Shown here piece by piece: positions 1-12,300 of a stretch of 64,000 nt of DNA. The stretch lies in the NCBI GenBank assembly GCA_951406725.2, contig OX597818.1, forward strand, positions 43,648,001 to 43,712,000, written 5' to 3'. This stretch comes from Octopus vulgaris. Its lineage: Eukaryota. Under the pieces are notes generated by a model. The model searched no databases and was not told where the DNA came from. It saw only the letters and a program-made list of their open reading frames with translations. Position 1 is the first letter of the stretch. Each line of letters starts with the position of its first letter. Position numbers and translations under genes: made by a program.

Positions 1-1231
1 CCTGTTTTCAAGCCAGGCAACATTTTCTCATTGCCAGACATGTATGTGCAGAATATTGGAGATGAATGACAGACACTTATTTACAAGGTTATCCTGCTTA
101 TTGTGTTCTCTTCATGGAAGGTCCAGCTGGGTTGATAACTTGTGTTGGTCATGACAGGTAAGGTATCTCAAGAGTACGGGGACTGACTGGACTCTGCTGT
201 GCAGGTTACCCAAAAGGCCTCAGAAATATACCAACAGATGGTGCATGCCTCCCACATAATGTCAAGACAATATACACACATTCACACAACAGTTTCAGTT
301 TCTGTAACCAAATCCACTTGGAAGGCTTTGGTCATCCCAAGCTCAAGACATTTGCTGAAGGTGCGATGCAGTGGACCTAAATTCAAAACCATGTGCTTGG
401 AAGTGCTATCATGCATTTTTTAAAGTTTTAAAAGGATTTGTAATGAATGGAAGATGGGGTTTGTAAAACTTTGAGGGTGACTTGCTCAGCAGACACTGTT
501 GCGACAGGATTGTTTTGCATGCAGGAAAGATTATAAGAATGTTAATTTTGAAGTTGGTGGTTTATTGATGTGCCTGTTATTTTATTTTTTTTTGCAAACA
601 GGTTTAAATAAAGATAAGAGTTACACTTTTAAGTTAGAATTAAGACCATTAGAGAAAAACTTTCAAAGACTTCATAGAATGTGGATTACTTTAGGGACTA
701 TGTTCCAGAGATCTCATTTCAGTCAAAAATTTGTGAAAATTTAAATCTGTGTTAGAAAATAGATATTTATTTTTAACATCATCATTTAATGTCCATTTCC
801 AACTGGCCCTGGGTCAGACGGTATAACAGGAGCTGACAAGCCAGAGAGATGAACCAAGCCCCAATTATCAGTTTTGGCATGGTTTCTACAGCTAAACATC
901 GACCACTTTACAGCATTGACTGAGAGAGGGGCATAGCTGTAAAGGACATACCTATGTGTATGGAAAGCCAAAGTTTTACTTAGTTTGACACTCTTCCTCA
1001 AGCACAGCAAATTGCCATGTCTCAGTCTCTTGTCATCTCCCCAGTGAGGCAGAATGTCTAAGGATCCTTTCTCACCACTTCATTCCATGTTTCTACCCCT
1101 TCCATACATTCTCTCCACAATTAAAGTTGGACACTTCTTAATGTATCTGTCCTTATCCATACATACCAGCAATTTTCTCTCCTGAATGCTACTTTTCTCA
1201 TCTACTCTGTTGTACGTGCACACTTACACTA

Positions 1232-1434
1232 CCTATTTCTTTATTACCCACAAGGGGCTAAACACAGAGGGGACAGACATATTAAGTCGATTACATCGTT
1301 ACAGTGCGTAACTGGTACTTAATTTATCGACCCTGAAAGGATGAAAGGCAAAGTTGAACTCACAACGTAACAGCAGACGAAATACCACTAAGCATTTCGC
1401 CCGGCATGCTAACGTTTCTACCAGCTCGCTGCCT
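1232..1434 (-). mobile_element. tRNA-derived SINE family B (central GCCTTTCATCCTTTCGGGGTCGAT domain)
   Basis: Similar copies near 28650-28817, 35930-36147, 36548-36945, 44473-44685 (+) and 52348-52575. Confidence 0.8.
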
Positions 1435-1654
1435 TAACCCTTTCATTACCAAACCAGCTCTGGCTCTGTAGTACAAATGTCTTGTTTTCATAAGTTCTGA
1501 ATAAAAATCTTCCACCAAATCTTAGTCGCAATTTATGTTCCTAACACTAGCTTAATGATAACTAAGTTATTTTACTAAATTCTTTGTTATATTTAGAGTA
1601 ATTGAAAGAAACACAGAGCATCTCAAAATAAATACAGTAATGAGAGTGGGTTAA
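1435..1654. mobile_element. piggyBac-type MITE
   Basis: TTAA-CCCTTTCATTAC ... GTAATGAGAGTGGG-TTAA. Confidence 0.7.
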
Positions 1655-3649
1655 ACTGGAACTGAACAGGTAATGTAAGTGGCTTCATTTCTCTCAAACC
1701 TTTGCAGATCCTCTATGGTCGTAATCCATGTAGCATTGTTGTAATGTATACAGGCATTATACAATCTGCTCTTCACTCTGAAGGAGGCCTTTTGCCCAGC
1801 TTGTTCTCATACTAGCAACTATACTTTCAGAACACCTACTCTAATGCTAATACTCAAGGTAACAGAAGCCATCTAGTACTTCTAAGGGTTCCTTAAGATA
1901 TTTGTGATTCTTAGTTTTTTTACTGTACCTGCACATCTGCCATACACAAAGACTACTTCTTGTGATACTAATGCACGCATAGCTTGCACTGGCTACATCA
2001 CTTGGAATTTCTGCCAACACCTTTCCTCCATATCAAGCAGGGCTATCTACCTTATAGGAATTGTTTCCTACTTGTCTTTGCTAAGTTAACTCTAAGGTCT
2101 TTAGATTCCAAACCTGAAATTTCCTCTACTTTAGAATAGTGTCTTAGCTGTAAGAACAAGAGCTCCCATGGGCAGCCTGTTATCTCTTGGAGGACTTTGA
2201 TGAACAAGAAGGGGATAAGAATTGATTCTTAGTAAACTACCCGTACACTGAATTCATTGCCAACCACCAACTTACTGACAGCATTACCCGAACAGCTCTC
2301 ACCAACCACTCATCCCTTGCTTCTGCATTGACCACCAGATGAGGGAGCAGGGAATTTGTGTCAAAGGCTTTCCTCCATGTCAAAAGCCAAGTTCAGGTTT
2401 ATTCTTGGCTAAATATTTCTGCAGCTGCTTTACCAGGATGATAGCATCAGGTGCTTCTCCCTGGATACAAAACCAAATTGCATCTCATCAAGGCTTTAAG
2501 TCGAACTATAACAGCCTAGTCTCTCAGTTTGAATTGGCACCTCTAAAATTAACTTGGGCATCACTTTTACATTTGTAGCAATTGACTATAAATACTGCTA
2601 GTCATTGGATATGGATATGATTAACTGTACAGGTGGCTAGGCCATATAATCACTGCCACATATCCTAAGCATCTGTGATGAATTCTGAAAGGCAGTGGTC
2701 CTTCCCCAGTCTTCATTGCCTTATCAAATTGGATAGCTGGTCCTTCTGATAGACCACATAAGGCAGATTCCACAACCAGCAGCTTTTCAGAGAGTATTCA
2801 AAGAATTTATTTAAATGGCAAAAAAAAAAAAAAAAAATCTGTGTACAAATAATAAGGATTTTCAGGATGTAAACAACTTCAACTGTTGTAAATATTGCAT
2901 AGCAGTGGCTGAGTTGTCTTTAGCATTTGTAATAACAGTGCCACTGTAGTTCTACAACTGCCATATAATGTCAGGGGAACATTATAGTAGTTAGAAGAAA
3001 AAAAGCTCCGCTGGGAGAAAATATTTTGAATTCAATGCTAACGGTAAAACTTAAAATATTAAGGTGTTACTTGCTGCCACACCACGTTAGGGTCACTAGT
3101 GTAGAAAATAGACTTTCATGATAATGAGGACAAAAGGATTCCCCATAAACTATGCCATTTGGTACTTTGTACAAAAATAAAAGGGCTTCTATTTCAGTGC
3201 TACTTCTAAAAGCCATATAATCTGAAAACAGTTCAGTGCACATGAACAGACCTAGGACAAACAGCATCCTTCTAAGGGTGGAATGCTCAATTTATAAGTG
3301 TGTATAAGTGAGTCCACGTCTATACATGTGGACATCCAGGCATGTAAAATCCTTTCATTTTAAATGCGAGCCGAAAAGTGAAGAAAATACCTCTAGCTAC
3401 GAATATCAGAGAAAAGGTACAACCAAATCATACTAGTGGAACTGTCCATGATCACTGTAGACCATATCCTAACTAAGCAGTTGTATCAATCCATTGGCAG
3501 CAAATCATAACTTTAATGTCTACTCTTCCATGAGGGTACAGATCATGAAAATATGCTGGCACTTTTTCAACCACCAGATGCCAATCTATCAAAACAGCAA
3601 AAACATGGCTATGTAGAAAATTGTATCAGTCGAAGGAAACTTGCCTACT

Positions 3650-3990
3650 AAGACAGCGCAGTATTTGATGACTGGTATCCGTGCTAGTGGAGCGCTAAGA
3701 GCACCATCCAAAAGTGTGTTCGATGCCAGAGCAGCCGGCTTCCATGCCAGCGGCATGTAAAAAGTACCATTCGAGCATGACTGTTACTAGCGTTGCTCTA
3801 CTGGCACTTGAAAAAACATTCAACTGAGGTGTCATTGCCTGTGCCAATTGAGCATGGCTGCTACCAGCACCGCCTGACTGGCCTGCCATTAGGAAGGACA
3901 TCCAGCTGTAGAAACTCTGCCAGATTTGAGCCTGGTTCGCCAGTCCAACCCATGCTAGCATGGCAAGAAGATGTTAAACAATGATAATGT
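3650..3990 (+). mobile_element. RTE LINE 3'UTR fragment with degenerate (GAT)n tail
   Basis: CATCCAGCTGTAGAAAC...CCAACCCATGCTAGCATGG motif. Other copies near 29545-29810, 33890-34080, 34590-35070, 40405-40645, 41030-41305, 43270-43490, 48100-48430, 50660-51127, 56930-57466, 58912-59162 and 59988-60215. Confidence 0.8.
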
Positions 3991-4241
3991 AGTTGCACAG
4001 AATGACACCATCTGCATAAATAGCAAGGCCACTGTTTGTAACCAGCAAGCAGATGATGGGGAGAATGCAAGTTGACTCACAGATACATATCAGGCTTCTG
4101 TCAACCAAACCCACAAATTTCTAGATACTGAACCCAAATCAACATAGTCAGGAAGTAAATAATGGTTATCCACAGTATGTCTGAGCCAGTACAAACAGAA
4201 TAGCTTGTACATAGTGAACTGTGACCTGAAACCAGGTCCTA

Positions 4242-5267
4242 TTAACCCATTTGTTACTATATTTCTGACCAAAATACACGCCTTATGTGTTTCAATTAAT
4301 TTCTAACGTAATCATAAATTTAGTCTGGTTTCATTAAACAACTATAACTTTTTTATTTATCAATATATTAATGTGATTTTTGGAAGATAATTTAATGAAA
4401 TATTCTATACTATAATTTTTGTTACAAAGTGACTAATTGCAGGTAGATTCAACAAAATATAAAATTATTAAAATTTTGTTCAAACATTGCTATAGAAAAT
4501 GGGTTATTAGCTAATATTCAATTGGGTATACAACAAAATTTTACTATAGAATTTGTTATTCTGGGTAACTTTCTGATACCCATAATATTTATGGCAAAAG
4601 TCTTAATTTCATTTAAGGTCGTGGGAAACCACTAACTATCCATTCTTTTGTTTTGTTACATTCAGCGTAACGGTTCGTTTCCGCCGTAATAATTTTAAAT
4701 AGGCTCATTCGAAAAAGTAAAAAGAAATAGTCTAAGGCTTTACTCTCCTGGGAAAGTCTGTGGTTTGGTCCAGTTTCTTCAGAAAAATCACCGAAAGAAA
4801 CAGGTTTTAAAATTTCACTCCATCCAGGTGCCAATTCATTTCTCTATCGCTGTCAGATTCAGGTTTCACTTTCGGAAAACAATTGGTTCTAAGAACCACT
4901 ATCAAATACCACATGCTTTTTTTTTTTCAGTCGTAGACAGATTTAACAAGGTCTTCAGTAGAAAGTCCTTCGAATTCTGACTCGCTGCTTGATATAATGA
5001 AATTCATATCCATCTTCTGTCAGAATTACAAATTTTGAAAACAATAGGAACAAATTTCGGAAAAAAAATCCAAAATTCACAGAATTAAAATTACACTTCG
5101 ATCGTTGTACAAAACTGTAGATGAACTGTTTACAAAACATAATCACTTGTTTTCACGAATGCACCAAAGAGATTTGCTGATATTCTCATTTAAATATGAA
5201 TAGGTAAATACGGGCGGGTTTGGTCACAATCAAAATGTTTTCGGGCAGCTTGGTAACGAAAGGGTTA
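4242..5267 (-). mobile_element. Non-autonomous piggyBac element with PGBD4-like transposase remnant
   Basis: TTAA TSDs, TIRs CCCATTTGTTAC/GTAACGAAAGGG; ORF 4613..4834 GP..L..ALDYFFLLF..IITAETNRYA resembles the start of the piggyBac DDE domain. Confidence 0.85.
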
Positions 5268-5765
5268 AGGAATACTGTAGATACCGAACCTTTTATGAGA
5301 CAATGTCTTGGAGTAAGTTCCTCCCTAAGATGAATGAAGCATTTAAATTCTAAGTGGGAATGCATTCAACTGTTGGAGAAATGGTCCTCTCTGTAAAGTC
5401 ACTTTTTCTAGTCTAAGCATTTGAAAGACGGTTACTAGCAAGCTAACCAGCTTGCCAGGATATCTACTACTGAAAGGACCTATTCCCAATGCCAGCGCAA
5501 AGCCTATTGCTATGGAGTAATTTGCCCATGGTTAAAGTTCTCCCAAGTCCCTATGTACCAAAGATTTGTTTACCTGTATAGCAATGGAAGAACAACTAAA
5601 ACAATTGGTTCTAAGAACTCTTATTAAAGATTAATGATCCTGGCAACCTTCTCACCTCCCCCCTTTATCTCAAATGTATATTTAAGATAACGAAAACTTT
5701 CAGTCTTAAACAACTATAATACTGATGCAACATGCAACATGTAGTAGCAACAATGTGAAATCATT

Positions 5766-5771
5766 TTTATT
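5766..5771 (-). promoter_or_regulatory. Candidate polyadenylation signal for nucleolin (alternatives at 6309-6314 and 6132-6137)
   Basis: AATAAA on the minus strand downstream of the stop; which signal is used cannot be determined from sequence. Confidence 0.35.
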
Positions 5772-6334
5772 CGTAAGACAGGATCCAGAGATATCCATTG
5801 ACCAGTTACTAAGCTGAGCATAATGTTTTCCCAAGTGAAAATCTAAGCAATTTAATAACACATAACCCCACTCGGATCTCAAATAAGAGGCAGTTTTCTT
5901 AATAACACAAAGTCTACGAACTAAAAAAAGCATTCTGTGGCAACCCAACAGACTTCTGCTAACAGGCTGAAATCAAAACCAGAACAATAACCTTCACTGT
6001 AAAATGAATAACAGAACTACCTGAAGGAAAGCAATCAGTTCCAAAAACAATGCAAAACTGTCTAGTCAGATATCAACAATTATTGGAAGATACTTGAAAG
6101 TAATTGACAAACAAGACAAATATTTTTATAATTTTAATGGCAGTAAGTCAGCATACATCAGTGGCTTAAAAAGTTATGGCTATGTACAAGAAGACCACAA
6201 ATATTAAAACTGGAATTACAGTGATTTTATCTGCAGTCATTGAATGTGTTTGAATATAAAACAAAGTGGCATGATCAGCTATTATCCATTGAGAATGGAA
6301 GGCACAGCTTTATTGTCCAAACTGCTAAATCTCA

Positions 6335-6372
6335 TCAATCGCTATCACTGAAAGTCTTTTTCCTTCCTGTTC
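6335..6372 (-). CDS. NCL: Nucleolin last coding exon (GTGRKKTFSDSD*)
   Basis: ctccag acceptor; matches the nucleolin/Nsr1 C-terminal K-K-x-F motif; tandem TGA TGA stop. Confidence 0.88.
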
Positions 6373-9300
6373 CTGGAGAAGAATAAAAAAAAAAACGTTT
6401 AGACAAGAGCAAAAATGAATATTCCATTTTAAACTTGAAATTTAAAAACACAAAATAGAAAATGTTATACACACCACCAAAACTGCTTCGTCCACCACCG
6501 TAACCTCCACCTCCACGGCCGCCACCATAACCTCCACCACGACCACCACCACCACGTCCACCACCAAAACCTCCACGTCCACGGCCGCCACCATAACCTC
6601 CTCCACGTCCACCACCAAAACCTCCTCCACGCCTTCCACCAAAACCTGGAAAGGAAATTTATTGTTTTGTATAAAAATTGTCAAGAAAAATCGCTGACCA
6701 AGAACTTACAACATCAACCATTAACTCTTTAGCATTCAGCATATTGTTAAATGCAATGCTTACTATGAACGAATCGGGTCATACTTCCTAGCTTTTAAGA
6801 TTCTGATGTAATTGGTAAGTTTCAGAATGACATCAGAGCACGAGGTACCAGAGGTTGAATCTGACAGGTTTGCACACAAAACAAGTACAATATTTTGGCC
6901 CAAATATGGCTTTATTAAATGCTAACAGGTCAATAGTCAACAAAATAGCTAGAGATAACGAAGTTACTATAAGAAATTGTAGACCACTACAATCTGATTT
7001 AGCAAACACAAGAAAAAAAATCTTTAAGTCAATGCCACTCAATACATCACGATCTACTTTTCTAAAATATTTCCAATAAGTCTACTGCCTAAGCTCTTAA
7101 GCTAACCCCAACCACACCTGTCTTCAGTAACAGAAGGAAAAGTTACTGTACCTCCACTTCTTCCATCACCATCACTTCTGCTTCTTGCATAACAGCACCG
7201 AACAGACCTGCCATCAACATTACTACCATCCATTTTATTCAGAGCACTCTTTGCTTTTGGAATAGACTCAAATTCTATGAAGGCAATTCTAAAACAGAAA
7301 AAAAAAAAGTTCCATTTTTAAAAACAGCTAAGAACACATGCAATAAAATCTATCAAATTCAATACAACACAATGCAAAAAGTGAACAAGTTGTCATTACA
7401 CACCCTTTTGGCTTTCCAGAATCTGGATGTGTTGGTAATCGTACATCAGTAGCATCCTTGAAATATGACCTTAATGAGCTTTCTGTTGAATCATAGGACA
7501 GATTTCTTACTAAAAGTACACTGGATTCTTCTGGTTCATCTTGAATAAAAAGAGGCAAAAACTTAATAAACACACCAAAGTAATGTTATTTCATTACAAT
7601 TGAAATGATTATCTCAAAAAAATTACCATCTCTGTAGCCTCCTCTTCCTCTTGGTTGTGAATCAGATCTACTAGAACTGCCTGCATAATCCAAGTACAGT
7701 TGTCGGTCTCCAACCTCAATACCCTGTTTGTTTTCGACTGCATCCTTTACACTATCGGAACTCTCAAACTCAATATATGCAAACCTGAAAACAAAACAAA
7801 TACACATTAGAGTGGATTAATAAAAACAACTTCTTTATTTATCATAAGTGAATTAAAGTGAATTTAAAAAATCTGTTCCTCAATTTGACACCAGGCAAAT
7901 CTCAGAGATAAATTATTAAGCAGCAGCATAGAAAATGAGTTATTAGCATTAACCCTTTCGTTACTATAATTCTTACCAAAATACACCTCATGAGTTTCAA
8001 TTAAATTCTAAAATAATCATGAATCTAGGCTGGTTTCATTAACCCTTTAGTGTTTAAGCCGGCCATATCTGGCCCAAATATTCTATGTTTTATAATCTAA
8101 CTGGGAATATCTAGCCCCTCAAACCTAACCTACATTGACATTCAAAAACTATACAATCACATCATTGAAACCTCAAAGCTATGAGGTAATGCACGATTAA
8201 TTCAAAACAATTTGAGTGAAAAAGTATTACATTTAACAGAGTAATCTGAACACTAAAGGGTTAAATAACTAACTCTTTTACTTATCAACATATTAATGTG
8301 ATATTTGGAACATAATTAAAGAAAGGGTTCTTAATTCTATTTCATAACTTTTGTCTCAAAATGACTTTAATTACAGGTAAATCCAGGTAAATTGAGCAAA
8401 CGGTAAAAATACTAAAATTTTGTTTAAACATCACCATAGAAAATGAATCATCAGCTAATATTCAAATGGGTATGCAACAAAATTTTGATAAAGAAGAATT
8501 GTGCACATCACTATATCATCAGTTGAATTTGCACAACTGGTGCACCATAAAGGTGGAATAAAGTGAAATACTGGAATCCACCGCAAGTTTGACCGAACTA
8601 AAGAAATCGGTCAAAAATTAATATACAGCCCTGGTTATGGTATGGAAGTGATAAATTCCAGACCACATCGTTCCCTAGGCCATGCTGACATTATTTTCCC
8701 TGTATAAAAACTAAATCCACGCAGTACCCAGTATTTGCTCCACAAATTTTCCGAAATTTGAACCCCCATTTTGTGTTTGTTTACATTCTGCGCAAGTTTG
8801 TTTCCGCATTGATCGCTTCAAACAATAACTTCTAGACCACATCATACTCTAAGCCATGCTGACTAACATTAGTTTCCCTGTATAAAAACTAAACCCACAA
8901 CAGTACCCAGTATTTGCTTCACAAATTTTCCAATTCGAAATCAATGCTTGATAACATGAAACTCCTATCCATTTTCAAAGTTGAATTAAAATTACATGTC
9001 GATCGTACAAAACTGTAGATGAACTGTTTACGAAGTATAATCACGTATTTTCACGAATGTACTAAAGAGATTTGCTCTGATATTCTCATTTAAATATGAA
9101 CAGGTAAATACGGGCGGCTTTGGTCACATTAACCAAAATTTTTTTCGGGCGGCTTGGTAACGAAAGGGTTAAAGAGATTTGTCTTTAAAAACTAAAAATC
9201 TACAAAATGAAATACACACCAACTATACACAGAAACAGTGACTCACGATTCAAAGTTCGTCAAACACCTTTCAGGTAAATAAAAGCAAGTAAAATAAAAA

Positions 9301-12300
9301 AAAACAATTTAAATCGAATGTATTGTATATCTATATATACACACAACTTTCCCAAAAGTGCTTGGATTAAACCATATCATTCAAGTATTGTGGGAAACCA
9401 CAATTTTTTTTTTTTCCCTGTTTAGGTTATATGTAATAAATCCTGCAGTAATTGATTCAAAGAAAAAAAAAGTAAATCTAAGAAAACTATCACAAATGAT
9501 TATATAAATGGCACACTGCAAATCTAAGACATTTAAATCTTACCCCTTATGTGAATCTCCTTTATAGGGAATTCTGATACTTTGTGCTGCAGGAAATATC
9601 TCCATCAGTTTGCTTCTAATAGTATCTTCGGAGTCATCATAGGGTAGATTTTTCAGAAATAGCGTGTTTGAATCATCACCTGGGAAAAAAAGTGCACAAA
9701 ATGTGTATTGTTCAATGTACCAACGGGACATTACTTCTATGGTTATTTTCCTCGAGTTTTTATTGTACAAACAAAATCAACATACCAGTGTTTCTTTCTC
9801 CCTTTGCTCTCATGGGCCGACCTTTTTCAAATGTCAGTGCATTCCCTTTATAGTCAATATTCTGCATTGCTAAAACTTTATCAAGATCATCTGGATTAGC
9901 CAAGTCAATGTGGGCAAATCTATAAAAAAAACAATATAAAGGAGTGAATATAAAACAACACAAAGTGAATATACATAACAAAAAGCCTATAAAATGTAAA
10001 ATAGCTAAGAAGCAATTGTAATACATACGCTCTGTCATCACGCTTGCGAACAGATGTGTATTCAATTCCTTTCTTCTTAAGAAATTTCTCAAAGGTCTCA
10101 GCAGTCACTTCCTGAGGAAGATTTCTGCACATAACTGTTACAGGCTCTGAAAAGGAAGAATTGAAAAATTCAATAATCTTTCACAATAACCAACAATATT
10201 GTCAGTGGTAACTTGTCATTCATCAAATTTAGTATCTCTACCAATTTGAACTCCTGTACCACAGGTAAACGCATCTTTCACCTTGTCCTGGATCACTGAC
10301 AAAGCAATTTTCCAAGCAAGAAGCAATGCTTAGTCTTAATTTAGAAAACACTGGCCAAAATATTCTACCTAAATCTCAAAGCCACATGATTAATTCAAAA
10401 TGGTCCTAATAAACATACTTGGCGATCATCTAAATGCAAAAGCATTAATAAAAGAGATCTTGGAGATGATAATGTGAGCAATATATTTATCTCCTATATG
10501 CAGTTTGATACCGGACATAAATCTAAGATTCTTCACCAAGTGATATGGATGAAACATGTTTAAGAAGAGATTCGAAGCAGGAATGGAATGATCACATAAT
10601 TGCTCACTGGATCAACTGGTTTGGGATGTGACATTAAAAGCCCATTAAGTAATTTAATCCAATAAACCCCAGGTCTCATTTTGTAAAGGCTAGCACTTAT
10701 TCTATTGGCCCCTTTTGCTGAACTGTTAAGGTACAGAAACAAACACCTGTTGTTGTGCAGTAACTGAGGTGGGGGGGAAGAAACAGACAAAGGCGCACAT
10801 ACATACAGAGAGAGTGAGAGATAGAGACAACAGGGTTTCACTTTCCATTCACAAGGAGTATTGCCCAAAGTGCCCCACAACAGGATTGAACCCAGAACCA
10901 TGTAGGTAAGAAGCAAGCTTCAACACATTCATGCTTTTCCTTAAGTAACTTTGTCAGGATAATAAATGAAACGAGGTATGCTCATAAAGAGCCACATCAA
11001 GATATGAAAGTGTCCTGATAGAAGCTGCAGAGCTTCTAACCACAAAACTGGAACATGCATACAAACTAAAGCATATCTTCTTACCACCATCAACTTTAGC
11101 TTTCTTGGCATCGTTACCATCTTCTGACTCTGTCTTACGCTTCTTAGCTTCTTTTGAACCTGTTGAAGACAAAAAGATGACACAGATATAATCAATGTAA
11201 TTAAGTTTCTATTTCTAACTACCTCACAAATAAAAAGTGTACATTGCTGTTCTCCATTAAAAAATTAAACTACACACTGGAATGGAACTGGTAAACCAGA
11301 GGGCTGCATGCTTTCTACAGCAGGATGTCCTTCGTAATGCCAATCACTAAGAGTGTAATGGGTGCTTCTTACGCACCAGTGGCAATGGCCACGACTATGC
11401 ATATCACCAAAGGTCTGTCAGCAACTTGTCATTACCTCCATGCGGCCTAGCATTAACAAAAACAAAAAAGTTTTTGTATATGGTTTACCAGATTGTGAGT
11501 GGAAACAAATCCTGTTTTGGGAAGTTGGTTACATAAATCAAGATAGCACACGCCAGTGTATGCTATTAGTGGCATAATGGCTCCCAAACAAAGTTATAGC
11601 CGTTTATAAAACCAATATTAAATTCTTAATTATATACGTAAATATGGGAAACTTGAACCGTATTGATTACATTGAACAGCAATAAAATGGTAAATGAGGA
11701 AGAAATTACTTACCATCAGATTTTCCATTGAGCTTTGGCTTAGGGGACTCTTCTGATTCTATAATGTAAAAGAGGTTTTTAGTCAATATCAGAAAACATT
11801 TCAAAGCAAAAACTATTCAAGATATATTTTGAGGATTTGTAATACCTTCACTAGACTCTTCTTCATCAGAATCCTCTTCTGATTCTTCTTCAGATTCTTC
11901 ATCAGAATCCTCTTCAGAATCATCTGATTCAGCAGCCTTTTTGGCCTCCTCTTTTTTTACTTTCTTTTCCTCTTTTACTTTCTCTTCCTTTACTTTCTCT
12001 TTAACCTTTTCATCTTTTCCTTTTTTATCTTTTTTCTTTTTAACTTCTACTACCTCTTCTTCCTCCTCATCCTCACTTTCTTCTTCCTCACTACTTTCTT
12101 CTTCTTCCTCCTCTTCTTCACTTTCACTAGATTCTTCCTTCTTTTTCTTTGCTATTGTACAAAACAAAAACATTACAAAAATGAAGCAGATATAAATAGA
12201 TTATAGCTATTTAAAATTTCATGAATTTGTACATCAAGTCCAATACAGATATTTAATCCTTTAGCATTTAAACTGGCCACACCCAACCCTAATAGCCTAC

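Larger units (their letters stand above)
775..2790 (-). mobile_element. Decayed RTE-type LINE, interrupted by a SINE and a piggyBac MITE
   Basis: Broken frame GR*PCLIWRKGVGRNS..CSQCKLCVH..FVYGRCAG near 1925-2050; ORF-end remnant at 1020-1200; family 3'UTR and tail at 775-1000. Confidence 0.65.

Noticed and set aside
6442-6684. Val-rich ORF in the track
   Set aside because: It is an alternative frame of the nucleolin RGG exon.
11941-12195. Ser/Phe-rich plus-strand ORF
   Set aside because: It is the antisense shadow of nucleolin exon 4.
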